From contig CAWCKY010000003.1 in NCBI GenBank assembly GCA_963796275.1, forward strand, positions 576,001-640,000: a DNA stretch of 64,000 nt, in the 5' to 3' direction. The stretch comes from an uncultured Acidobacteriota bacterium. GTDB lineage: Bacteria > Acidobacteriota > Blastocatellia > RBC074. Both the position numbers and the translations under genes were made by a program. Numbering within the stretch: the stretch's first letter is position 1; the number at the start of each line of letters is the position of its first letter. A model generated the notes under the pieces. That model did not search any database, was not told the DNA's origin, and saw nothing but the letters and a program-made list of their open reading frames with translations. Of this stretch, positions 18,603-29,681 are shown piece by piece.

Positions 18603-20201
18603 ATGGTCCCGATTACTAACAATGAAGAGGCCATTAGAGCAAAATATGATCTCGACCGCGCGATGCTCGGGAGCGGTTCCCGACAGTTGTTAGCCGGAGA
18701 TGTCGTTCTAACAAATCTCACCTTCGAAAGATTGGAGTTTAGTGTTGAATGGGGAAAATTGATATTCGCATGGTGGGACGAATCGCATTCTCAGAACCTG
18801 CGGGTTTTGGCCTATGAGATTGACCCGACTGAACTACGGCTTAAGGTGACTCGCGGGACCGGTCGCGAAACGGCCATCTTAAGTCTGCGCGAAAGCGAAA
18901 AATGGCGTGAGACCAGGCAGAGTGAAAATCTGAGTCTCATGGGGCGCCGTCAATCTTATGCGCAAATGTTGACAGACCTCCTGACAGCGAGCTACCCGGA
19001 ATTACGTTTGCAGCGGGCAACGACTGGTGCTGACCGCGCTCGCTCGGTTCCCGGGCGATTCGCGCGTTTGTTGTTCCGGCTTCACGATGAGGTAATACTC
19101 GCTATCGGCGCAGGCGATGCCGAATTGCAAGCTGACGTCGATCGCATAGTCGCCGCGGGGTTTGTCTGGCTCGCTGGATACAAGGGCGGGCGCGCGCCGC
19201 TCAGTGGGGCCAAGCGATTATGGTTCTGTGCGCCGCGGGGAAGAGCGCAATCTGTGATCGAAAGGTTGGCGCTGATCGACCTCTCCCACCTCGGTGCCTC
19301 GGTCGAGTGCTTCGAGGTAGATGAAAGAGCCGAAGAGCTGATCGCCGTTCGTCCTTCGACTCAGGATGAGCTGCTGAATGCGCATCCGCGTGAGTTGAGA
19401 TGGCCTGGCGATGCGTATGAGCGCGATGGCTGGAGCGAGCGGATATTGAACTTCGCCCCTCATCTCATTGAGGTTCGGCGTCGACCCGCGCACGAGGGAC
19501 TGGTCTTCTCCATAAACGGCCTTGAATTTGCCCGCGTCACCGGTGAGGGACAAAGAGAAATAATGTTTGGCATCGCGGATTCGCAGCCCGGTGAGGCATC
19601 AAGTCAGGTTAGGCTCACCGAATCGAATTTCGCAGATCTCGGGAAGCTGGTGCGTGAGATCATCCGGTATCGTTCAGCCGATTCTCCTGATCGCCGACAC
19701 CGGTTCTACCGGCTGCGAGAAGAATCATGGCTCGAATCGGCGCTGCGGCGCGATATCTGTACGCTCGACCCATCATTGGACGATCGCTTCGTCTACTCGC
19801 AAATCCCGGCGTGGCGCGCCGATGAACGTTCGGTGATCGATCTGCTGACTATCAATCGCGCCGGACGTCTGGTGGTAGTTGAAATCAAAACCGCGGAAGA
19901 TCCGCAGCTGCCTCTCCAGGGGCTGGATTATTGGCTGCGCGTCGAGCAGTCGCGCCTGCGCGGCGAGTTTGATAAGCGCAGAATGTTCAATGGCATCGAG
20001 ATCGCAGATAAATCGGCCTTGCTCTATCTGGTTGCGCCGCGCCTCCGTTTTCATCGCACATTTGCGGTTGTCGCACGATGCCTCGCGCCGCAAATAAAAG
20101 CATATCAGATAGGCGTCAATGCAAACTGGCGCGCCGGCGTTCGCGTGCATTCAAGAGAACGAGTCAATATGAGCTCGGATGAGGCGGATGAGGTTCGCTG
20201 A
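18603..20201 (+). CDS. Hypothetical protein with C-terminal PD-(D/E)xK nuclease domain
   Basis: EESWLES...IDLL...LVVVEIK...QGLDY, a RecB/NucS-like E-D-ExK-QxxxY arrangement. Confidence 0.75.
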   Translation: MVPITNNEEAIRAKYDLDRAMLGSGSRQLLAGDVVLTNLTFERLEFSVEWGKLIFAWWDESHSQNLRVLAYEIDPTELRLKVTRGTGRETAILSLRESEKWRETRQSENLSLMGRRQSYAQMLTDLLTASYPELRLQRATTGADRARSVPGRFARLLFRLHDEVILAIGAGDAELQADVDRIVAAGFVWLAGYKGGRAPLSGAKRLWFCAPRGRAQSVIERLALIDLSHLGASVECFEVDERAEELIAVRPSTQDELLNAHPRELRWPGDAYERDGWSERILNFAPHLIEVRRRPAHEGLVFSINGLEFARVTGEGQREIMFGIADSQPGEASSQVRLTESNFADLGKLVREIIRYRSADSPDRRHRFYRLREESWLESALRRDICTLDPSLDDRFVYSQIPAWRADERSVIDLLTINRAGRLVVVEIKTAEDPQLPLQGLDYWLRVEQSRLRGEFDKRRMFNGIEIADKSALLYLVAPRLRFHRTFAVVARCLAPQIKAYQIGVNANWRAGVRVHSRERVNMSSDEADEVR

Positions 20202-20272
20202 TCTTGTCCCCCCCTTCCGCATCCCCGCGAATCTCTTTTATAAAATTGTGTTTAGGCTGGATATACAAAAAG

Positions 20273-21238
20273 ATGTCTGTGAAAAATAGGCAAGCCCCAA
20301 TCCGCAAACCGACAGCAACGCTTGATGGTATTCTCGTTATCGATAAGCCCGCAGGCTGGACGTCGCATGATGTTGTCGCTCGAACCCGGCGTATCCTCGG
20401 AACGCGCCGGATAGGTCACACCGGTACGCTCGATCCCTTTGCAACCGGCGTCCTGGTCTTATGCATCAATCGAGCAACCAGGCTAGTGCGATTTTTAATC
20501 GGTGATGAAAAGGAATATCGGGCGTCTATGCGGTTGGGATATGCGACCAATACCGGCGATTTGACCGGCAATATTATTTCGCCGGTTGCTGACGTGCGCC
20601 ATATTACGGCAGGGATCGTGAGTGATGCGCTGTCCCACTTTCGCGGTCGCATCAGACAAACTCCGCCAATGTATTCGGCCAAGAAGATTGGCGGGGAAAA
20701 ACTATATGAGTTGGCGAGGCGTGGGCTGGAGATCGAGCGTGAACCGGTTGATGTGGAAATAAAAGAGTTGGTGCTGAGCGATCTAAAAGAAAATTCTGCT
20801 CCAGCTGGCGGAAATATCACGAGAGATTGCTTAATACAGGTCGTCTGTTCTTCAGGCACTTACATCCGAACGCTGGCTGAAGATATCGGCAAGCTCCTGG
20901 GAGTCGGAGCGCACCTCGTCGAACTACATCGCACGCGAGCGGGAAACTTCGATATAGGCCGCTCGCTAACGCTGGAACAGCTTGAGCGAGTTGTAGATGC
21001 AGGACTGGCCGACCCTTTGTTTGTCCCAATGGCTGAAGCCCTGCCATTTGAAACCCTGCAGCTGGATGATGATGAACTTAGGGCGATCAGCCATGGGCGT
21101 TCGATCAGACGTCGTGGACCATGGTTAAGTGGGTCAAATGCATCGTTATGCGATCAACAGCGCCGGCTGGTGGCGATTGCGGCATTCGATGCGGAGAAAC
21201 AGAACTGGGAACCGCAAATTGTTCTATCTGCAGAGTAA
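20273..21238 (+). CDS. truB: tRNA pseudouridine(55) synthase
   Basis: DKPAGWTSHDVV, GHTGTLDPFATGVL, PPMYSAKK, GTYIRTL. Confidence 0.96.
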   Translation: MSVKNRQAPIRKPTATLDGILVIDKPAGWTSHDVVARTRRILGTRRIGHTGTLDPFATGVLVLCINRATRLVRFLIGDEKEYRASMRLGYATNTGDLTGNIISPVADVRHITAGIVSDALSHFRGRIRQTPPMYSAKKIGGEKLYELARRGLEIEREPVDVEIKELVLSDLKENSAPAGGNITRDCLIQVVCSSGTYIRTLAEDIGKLLGVGAHLVELHRTRAGNFDIGRSLTLEQLERVVDAGLADPLFVPMAEALPFETLQLDDDELRAISHGRSIRRRGPWLSGSNASLCDQQRRLVAIAAFDAEKQNWEPQIVLSAE

Positions 21239-21568
21239 ATGCGGATTTGTCAAGCATCGATTGCTGATTTTTTATCGCTATTGACCGGGGCTTTGATTAC
21301 AAGGCGTATGGCTGTGATATACTTTTATAGAAATGGAGCAACCCGCCCAGGCCCGATGAGGAGACACCGGAGATATAAACGAAAATGGCCTGGACAATAA
21401 GCTAAATTAACATGAGCGAAGCGCAACGATAGCCGTTTAATCCCAAAGCGGCTTTCTTCATTCTCCCCGGTGACCGTGCTGTAGTGCAGCCGGGATATTG
21501 AGGTAACCCACAACAGGCCGTCAATTTTGCCATTATGGTAGAATAAGACGATGGCCAGGAGTAGCAGC

Positions 21569-23545
<1,977 letters not shown>

Positions 23546-23547
23546 AT

Positions 23548-24707
23548 ATGACAGTCCAACGCAACGATTGGTCGCTCCAGCGAAAAGGCAGATCGATCAG
23601 GATCGGCACAAAGAGCGCATTAAGGATGCGATCAAGAAGAATCTGGGCTCGATTGTGTCAAACGAGTCGATCATCCTCTCGAACGGCCGCAAGACAGTCA
23701 AAGTACCGATGCGCGCGCTGGACGAATACAAGTTCCGCTTCGATTACCGCAAACGCAAACACGTAGGGCAGGGCGACGGCAACACGAAAGTCGGCGATGT
23801 CATCGCGCGCGAGAATCAGCAGGGACAAGGGCAGGGGCCGGGTGATGCGGGCAATAATCCGGGGCAGGATTACTACGAAGCCGAGGTCAACATCGATGAG
23901 ATCGCGGCATTGATCTTCGAAGACCTGCATCTGCCCTATCTCGAAGAGAAATCGAAGCAGGCGATTCAATCGAAAACGACGAAATTCACCGAGATCCGCC
24001 GCGTCGGCGCGCTGTCGAATCTGGACAAGCGACGCACGATCCTCGAAAACATCCGTCGCCAGGCGCGCGATAAAGGAAAGGCGAAACTCGGCCCGATCAA
24101 GAAGGAGGACCTGCGCTTCAAGAGTTGGGAAGAGGAGCTCAAATATGAATCGAATGCCGTCGTCATCGCGATGATGGACGTTAGCGGATCGATGGGCGAG
24201 TTCAAGAAATACATCGCGCGCAGCTTCTTCTTCTGGATGGTTCGGTTTCTACGAACGAAATACGATAACGTCAAGATCGTCTTCATCAGCCATCACACTG
24301 AGGCCAAAGAGGTCACTGAAGAGCAGTTCTTCACACAAGGCGAGTCGGGAGGGACGGTCGTCAGCTCGGCTTATAAGCTCGCGCTCGAAGTCATCGACGA
24401 GCGGTTTCCACCGCGCGATTGGAACGTCTATCCGTTTCACTTTTCCGACGGAGACAACTATTACTCGGACAACGAGGACGCGGTTAAACTGGCCGATAAA
24501 CTGATCGATGCTTGTAATCTTTTCGGGTATGGCGAAATCGGCGAAGAGGGGATGGCCAGTTACCGGCGCAGCTCCGGCGCGCTCCTTTCGATTTTCAATG
24601 ACAGGCTGAAGAATCAGGACCATTTTATTGGCGTCCGCATCGATGATAAAGAGGATGTATACCCGGCCTTGAAACAGTTCTTTGGCAAGCGCGGGATTGA
24701 GGCGTAG
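23548..24707 (+). CDS. yeaH: YeaH/YhbH (DUF444) vWA-like protein, one apparent frameshift near 23588
   Basis: MTVQRNDWSLQRKG from 23548 continues in another frame as QIDQDRHKERIKDAIKKNL; MMDVSGSM; GESGGT; HFSDGDN; follows prkA. Confidence 0.88.
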
Positions 24708-24798
24708 ATACAAGACCGCAAGAATCATTAAAAGGGGCCGCATTAAACATCAAACGGCGTTTTTGCAGTCCTTTTTGTTGGTGAATATACCCTATAGG

Positions 24799-25077
24799 CT
24801 AGAAGCCCAGTGTGCGGCACATCCCACAATGATCGCAGGCTTTATCTTTCTCGATGGAACACCCTCGAGTTTCGACGAATTCCAGCAGACTGGCGATTGA
24901 GGTCGTCGCTTCGTCGATATTAAACTGCTGACGGCTGGGATGCGCTTCATACTCCGCGCCTGTCCAGGGCGCAGAATAAAAAGATGGCGCGGTTTCGACT
25001 GATCTTAATATTCCAGATTCAGACAATGTACGTCTGACCACATCTCGTACGATGTTTCTTATCGCTTCTTCGTTCAA
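24799..25077 (-). CDS. BMC-associated small protein: encapsulation-peptide-like helix plus C-terminal Cys4 cluster
   Basis: TTG start overlaps the upstream TGA; MNEEAIRNIVRDVVRRTL amphipathic helix; C-terminal CSIEKDKACDHCGMC. Confidence 0.8.
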   Translation of the reverse strand: MNEEAIRNIVRDVVRRTLSESGILRSVETAPSFYSAPWTGAEYEAHPSRQQFNIDEATTSIASLLEFVETRGCSIEKDKACDHCGMCRTLGF

Positions 25078-25352
25078 GCCTGATCCTCTTCAATTGAATC
25101 AACCACGCCGACGATCGCGCTATCAATAGCGGCACCCGGTTCTCCCGTCGATGACGTCGATGCGGACCAACCTTCCTGCACGACGATCACTATATCACCC
25201 TCTCCCGCATCGACCGAATCGAGGGCGAGGATGCTCGCGCCGCGCGCCGTGCCGTTGGGATTGATCGGCTGCACCAGCATAATGCGGGCATTCTCGTAGC
25301 GCGCATTTTTTTGCGTGGCAACGACGTTACCAAGCACTCGAGCCAGAATCAA
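25074..25352 (-). CDS. BMC-P vertex protein (EutN/CcmL family)
   Basis: LARVLGNVVATQK...ALDSVDAGEGD.V.V..G...DSAIVGVVD; TTG start at 25352 overlaps the upstream stop. Confidence 0.92.
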   Translation of the reverse strand: MILARVLGNVVATQKNARYENARIMLVQPINPNGTARGASILALDSVDAGEGDIVIVVQEGWSASTSSTGEPGAAIDSAIVGVVDSIEEDQA

Positions 25353-25639
25353 TGTTTTGTCCTTCCTCTCGTATAAACGTGAGCTTCGGAATCGATGATC
25401 CCGACGATTGTGCAATCGGTCGGGATTTCACTTCCTTCAAAAGGAAAACTCGCCTCTTTGCCGCGGCACCAGAAAACCAGTTCACCGGCGCCCGCTCCCA
25501 CAGAATCAACGGCGACGAGCGGCTTACCAGTTGGGCGTAAGTTCTCGTCGAGAACCTGGATGACCAGTAGTTTACGCCCTGCCAGCGTAGCGTTCTTGAC
25601 TGTCGATACGATATTTCCGATTACGCGCGCAATCTGCAT
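25349..25639 (-). CDS. BMC-P vertex protein (EutN/CcmL family)
   Basis: MQIARVIGNIVSTVK...GRKLL...VAVDSVGAGAGE.V...G...DCTIVGIID. Confidence 0.93.
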   Translation of the reverse strand: MQIARVIGNIVSTVKNATLAGRKLLVIQVLDENLRPTGKPLVAVDSVGAGAGELVFWCRGKEASFPFEGSEIPTDCTIVGIIDSEAHVYTRGRTKH

Positions 25640-25647
25640 AGTTGTAG

Positions 25648-25715
25648 GTTTCAGTTTCAGTTTTCAGTTCGCTACACTGTTGTTACAGTTCAAACGAACT
25701 AAAACTGAAAACTGA
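25648..25715. repeat. Short periodic palindrome
   Basis: gtttcagtttcagttttcagttcg ... cgaactaaaactgaaaactga. Confidence 0.75.
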
Positions 25716-27515
25716 TTATATGACCTTGATAACTATCAAAGTCAAATCATCGTGTTGATGTGCGCCGGTGGAGAACTCTCTAACCAGCGTGAGGGCCCCA
25801 TCGACTATCGCATGTGCGCGCAGATGGTGGTGCTGGAGCAAATATTCGAGTATGCGGTGTTCGCCGAACTCCACTCGATTCGGTTGAGGCGTATGAGCTT
25901 CAGCTAGTCCATCCGTATAGAAAAACAATACATCGCCTTTTTCGAGATGCAACGTTTCGCTCTTATATTGCTGTTTGTCGAATACTCCCAACAACAGACC
26001 GCCCGTCTTCAAGGCCCTCCACTTGCCCGATGATCGAACATGTAACGGCGCATTGTGGCCGGCATTGCAGTACTGAAACGTCTTTGTTTCAGCATCTAGA
26101 ATGCCATAGACGAGTGTGACCAGGAGCTGGCTGCCGAGATCGCGATGTAATCGCATGTTGGCATCGCGCAGAACCCGGGTCGGACCGCCGCCGCGACGGG
26201 CAACGCTGCGGAGTATGCTGCGTGCGGCCGCCATGCCCATCGCCGCCCTGATCCCTTTGCCGGAGACATCGCCGACCATCAAACCGAGACGTTTGCCGGA
26301 GAAGGGAATGTAGTCGTAGAAATCTCCGCTCAGATTGAGAGCAGGTTCCAGCCGAGCCGCGATCTCGAAACCTTTGATATGCGGCGCCGACTCCGGGATC
26401 ATCGCGCGCTGGACATCGCGCGCCATCAGGATTTCGCGTTCGAGACTGCGCTCGCGCTCAACGTGTTCAGCGTACAGACGCGCATTGATGATCGCGATGC
26501 TGAGATGGTTCGCAAGGTTCTCCACCAGCCGCCCCTGATATTCATTGAACGCGTTCGTCCGGTTGCTCTCGAGTGCGATGACTCCGATCACCCTCTCCTC
26601 ATAGACCAGCGGAATGGCAAGCATCGAGCGCTGGCCAGGGATGCTCTCTCCCTCCGCCAGATAATAATCGGGATCGAGCAGCACATCCTTAACGATCTGT
26701 ATGCGCCTTTCGCGGACGGCCCGCCCGACAATGCCATTATTGATGCCAGTCCGGTTGGCGCGCTCGTTTTTCTCAAAGTCATATCCGTCCTCGATGCGCC
26801 AGACAAATTCATCGCTTATTTCATCGATCAAGCCGACCAGCAGATAATCGTAATCGATAAGCCGGTCGAGCATCGGCCCGATATTATTGAGCAGGCTGTC
26901 GAGATCGAGGAGCGAGGTGATTTCGTGCCCGATTTCGATGAGGGTGCGCATCTCGCGTGCGCGTTGTCTCAGCTCATCGTAGATGCGGGCGTGTTCGAGC
27001 GCGATCGCGAGCTGGTTCCCCAGGACGTTGAGAACGCGTTCGTGGTCGCGCGTGAAGTAGTTCGGTTCCGAACTCTCAATCGTGATTACTCCGACGATCT
27101 TGTTTTCACGGACGAGAGTAAGCGGAACAGCTATCTCGGAAATCGGCAGGTTATCTCCCTCGGTAGCAATTGGCAGATAACGGGAGTCCGTGGTGACATC
27201 GCCGACATTGATCGTATGCCCTTCGCGCCAGGCGGCAGAGGCGATGCTGCGGTCGAACGGGACAATCTCATACACGGCAACATCCTCGACCTTGTACCCG
27301 ATCGATTTCTTCCAAATAAGGCCGCCGCGTTCCTCGTCCACCAGGAAGAGATTGAAGAATTTGTAATCGATCACTTCTCTCAGCCGCTGGGCGACACGCT
27401 CTATCAAGGCGTCCAAATCGAGGATTGAGATAAATTCAACACTCAATTCATTAATCAAACGCTGTAGCCTTTGCGCTGATTCGGAGGCAAGCGAAGTCGA
27501 TTGTGATGTGCTCAT
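25716..27515 (-). CDS. GAF-GAF-PP2C (SpoIIE/RsbU-like) phosphatase
   Basis: Two GAF repeats (SEIAVPL...VGVITIES; SMLAIPL...IGVIALES); SGDFYD, GDVSGKG, NAGHN, YTDGL, HDDLT. Confidence 0.93.
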   Translation of the reverse strand: MSTSQSTSLASESAQRLQRLINELSVEFISILDLDALIERVAQRLREVIDYKFFNLFLVDEERGGLIWKKSIGYKVEDVAVYEIVPFDRSIASAAWREGHTINVGDVTTDSRYLPIATEGDNLPISEIAVPLTLVRENKIVGVITIESSEPNYFTRDHERVLNVLGNQLAIALEHARIYDELRQRAREMRTLIEIGHEITSLLDLDSLLNNIGPMLDRLIDYDYLLVGLIDEISDEFVWRIEDGYDFEKNERANRTGINNGIVGRAVRERRIQIVKDVLLDPDYYLAEGESIPGQRSMLAIPLVYEERVIGVIALESNRTNAFNEYQGRLVENLANHLSIAIINARLYAEHVERERSLEREILMARDVQRAMIPESAPHIKGFEIAARLEPALNLSGDFYDYIPFSGKRLGLMVGDVSGKGIRAAMGMAAARSILRSVARRGGGPTRVLRDANMRLHRDLGSQLLVTLVYGILDAETKTFQYCNAGHNAPLHVRSSGKWRALKTGGLLLGVFDKQQYKSETLHLEKGDVLFFYTDGLAEAHTPQPNRVEFGEHRILEYLLQHHHLRAHAIVDGALTLVREFSTGAHQHDDLTLIVIKVI

Positions 27516-27970
27516 ATCACTCTTCTGATCGCGGCGATTACTTCATCATCGCTGGGTCGAAAGACCGGAAAGACTACTTTTCGATAGCGAATATAGCCTT
27601 CCTTATCTATCACCACCACGCCGCGTTTAATCCATAAAGGGCTTTTCATGTCATAGGCGCGCACGACGCGGCCGTCGGTATCGGAGAGCAGTCGCAGGGG
27701 AAGTTTGTGATTAGCTGCAAACCCCGCATGTTTTTCAACCGAATCGATGTTGATGCCGATAACCTCCGCTCCGGTCTCTCGATAACGCCCCCAATTGTCG
27801 CGCACGCTGCAGAGCTGTTTGGTGCAAACAGGTGTTTCGTCGCCGGGGTAAAAGAAGAGAACGACTGCCCTCCCGCGCGCGTCACTCAGTTTCCACCTTT
27901 TTCCATTGCCGTCTGGCAGGTCGATTTCGGGGGCGAGTTGGCCGATCTTTGGTCCGATAGGTCGTGTCAT
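27512..27970 (-). CDS. bcp: Peroxiredoxin, BCP/PrxQ family
   Basis: FFYPGDETPVCTKQLC. Confidence 0.9.
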   Translation of the reverse strand: MTRPIGPKIGQLAPEIDLPDGNGKRWKLSDARGRAVVLFFYPGDETPVCTKQLCSVRDNWGRYRETGAEVIGINIDSVEKHAGFAANHKLPLRLLSDTDGRVVRAYDMKSPLWIKRGVVVIDKEGYIRYRKVVFPVFRPSDDEVIAAIRRVI

Positions 27971-28206
27971 AGTTTCTTATCTCGTACTTTCCATTAAACT
28001 CGGGATGAAATTGTAAAAATCGTTTTTTCAATGAAAAGCAGAAGGCAAAAAAACAAAAGGGCAAAGTTCAGGTTTTTTTGCCCGCATTTTGCCTTTTCTG
28101 TTTCCATCCTGCTTTTCCCGCGATAGCGCGGTTAAATCAATCATTCATTGTGCAACAGCAGGGGAAAATTTGCCAGTTTGAGGAGCGTGTTATAATTATC
28201 CCGCTT

Positions 28207-29340
28207 ATGAGTTCTCTCTTGACATTTGTTCTGCTCGCGGCGCTCGTTGCGATACCACAAGGCCGATTGCAACGATCGGCCGTAACCTCGCAAGTGGACC
28301 AAAACTCGGTCCCGGCGCAGAGGCAAATGCTGGATAAACAGATCGCTGCGCAATTCGCCCCGATCGTATATCAGGGGCTAGGCCACACGCCCCGCGCCGA
28401 TTACATCACCAATTTCGATTTTGACGGCGATTGGAAAGGCGATAACAACTGGAAGAACCTCGACGACCTCTCATACCCCCTGCGCGCCTTCATTTATTAT
28501 GCGGTCTCAGAAACTCCCACCCATTACTTCGTTCACTACGCATTTTTTCACCCGCGCGATTACAAAGGTGATCTGGTGCAATCGCAACTACTGGATCTGA
28601 TTATCTCCGAGGGTTTGAAGCAGGCCGGAAAAGACCCGACCGGAGGTCTTGCCGAAGATGTCGCGCTGTCACACGAAAACGATCTTGAAGGTTGTCTCGT
28701 CGTTGCCCAGAAGTACGGACAGGATCTGGCCAGAGCCGAAGTACGCTATGTCGAGACGATGGCACACAATAATTACTTTAAATATTGTGCGGGCGATGCT
28801 CGAGCCGGTATCTGCGAAAAGATTGAAATGAGAGGTCAACGCCCGCTGATATTCATAGAACCGAGAGGGCACGGCCCATCGAGTTATACCGGCAGCCGCC
28901 ATCAGCTTAAAAACTCGATCAACGGCGTGAAAATATTTTCATTCGCCGGCCGCGCCGACGACCCTGATCGAGTTAAAGAAAAATCGATCGGGTACGATTT
29001 GATTTCGATTTACGATACGCTATGGGTGCACGCAAGGCAGGGCAAGAACGAAACCTATGGCGAGGCTTTCAACTACCAGACTCGCGCATTTTTGAAATAT
29101 CAACTCAACGGATCAGCGAAAAAGTTTGAAAAGAATTTCGGCTCGCTGGGTTCCGCATTTCGGGGAGATGTCGGATTTAAAAATAAAGCGCGCGCGCCCT
29201 GGGCCTGGTATGACGATACGGAGAGGGAGCGCCCGCGCGGCGAATGGTTCTTCGACCCGGCTTCGGTCATAGCCCGGCATTTTGTTATGGAGCAAGCTGG
29301 CTTTTCGAAGGCTTATCTTTACAACCCGTTTTTTGATTGA
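28207..29340 (+). CDS. Secreted hypothetical protein, weakly NPP1/Vps62-like
   Basis: Signal peptide from ATG 28207; FAPIVYQ, DFDGDWKGDNNW, YYAVSET..HY.VHYAFFHPRDY, HENDLEG. Family call tentative. Confidence 0.7.
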   Translation: MSSLLTFVLLAALVAIPQGRLQRSAVTSQVDQNSVPAQRQMLDKQIAAQFAPIVYQGLGHTPRADYITNFDFDGDWKGDNNWKNLDDLSYPLRAFIYYAVSETPTHYFVHYAFFHPRDYKGDLVQSQLLDLIISEGLKQAGKDPTGGLAEDVALSHENDLEGCLVVAQKYGQDLARAEVRYVETMAHNNYFKYCAGDARAGICEKIEMRGQRPLIFIEPRGHGPSSYTGSRHQLKNSINGVKIFSFAGRADDPDRVKEKSIGYDLISIYDTLWVHARQGKNETYGEAFNYQTRAFLKYQLNGSAKKFEKNFGSLGSAFRGDVGFKNKARAPWAWYDDTERERPRGEWFFDPASVIARHFVMEQAGFSKAYLYNPFFD

Positions 29341-29451
29341 TGCGGGGAAAACAATATTCGTCTACAGTGAGGCTCTGTCGAACACTTAAATTCACAGCCC
29401 GAGGACTCGGGTTGAGCATATACTGCAAATTGTGCGGGAATTTAGAAGAAG

Positions 29452-29525
29452 TGGAGCTAAGGGGGCTCGAACCCCTGACCTCTTGACTGCCAGTCAAGCG
29501 CTCTTCCAAACTGAGCTATAGCCCC
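29452..29525 (-). tRNA. tRNA-Ala(GGC), CCA not encoded
   Basis: Reverse complement GGGGCTATAGCTCAGTTTGGAAGAGCGCTTGACTGGCAGTCAAGAGGTCAGGGGTTCGAGCCCCCTTAGCTCCA; anticodon GGC, G3:U70 pair, GTTCGA T-loop. Confidence 0.97.
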
Positions 29526-29681
29526 ACATTTACCAGACTTTAACCTACAGGTTTATCTTATCGGTTTAGGTTAAAGTCTTATCCTAATGGTTGAGAACGT
29601 TCGCCTCTTTTCAGAGGCACGACCCATATTAGCCAATTGACTTTTGCCCGTCAAGTTTTGCGATTCGGGTTATGTATGATC

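Noticed and set aside
21345-21396. Hammerhead-like ccgatgag...cgaaa inside a CCAGGCC/GGCCTGG stem
   Set aside because: Core is CCGAUGA rather than CUGAUGA and no stem II can form.
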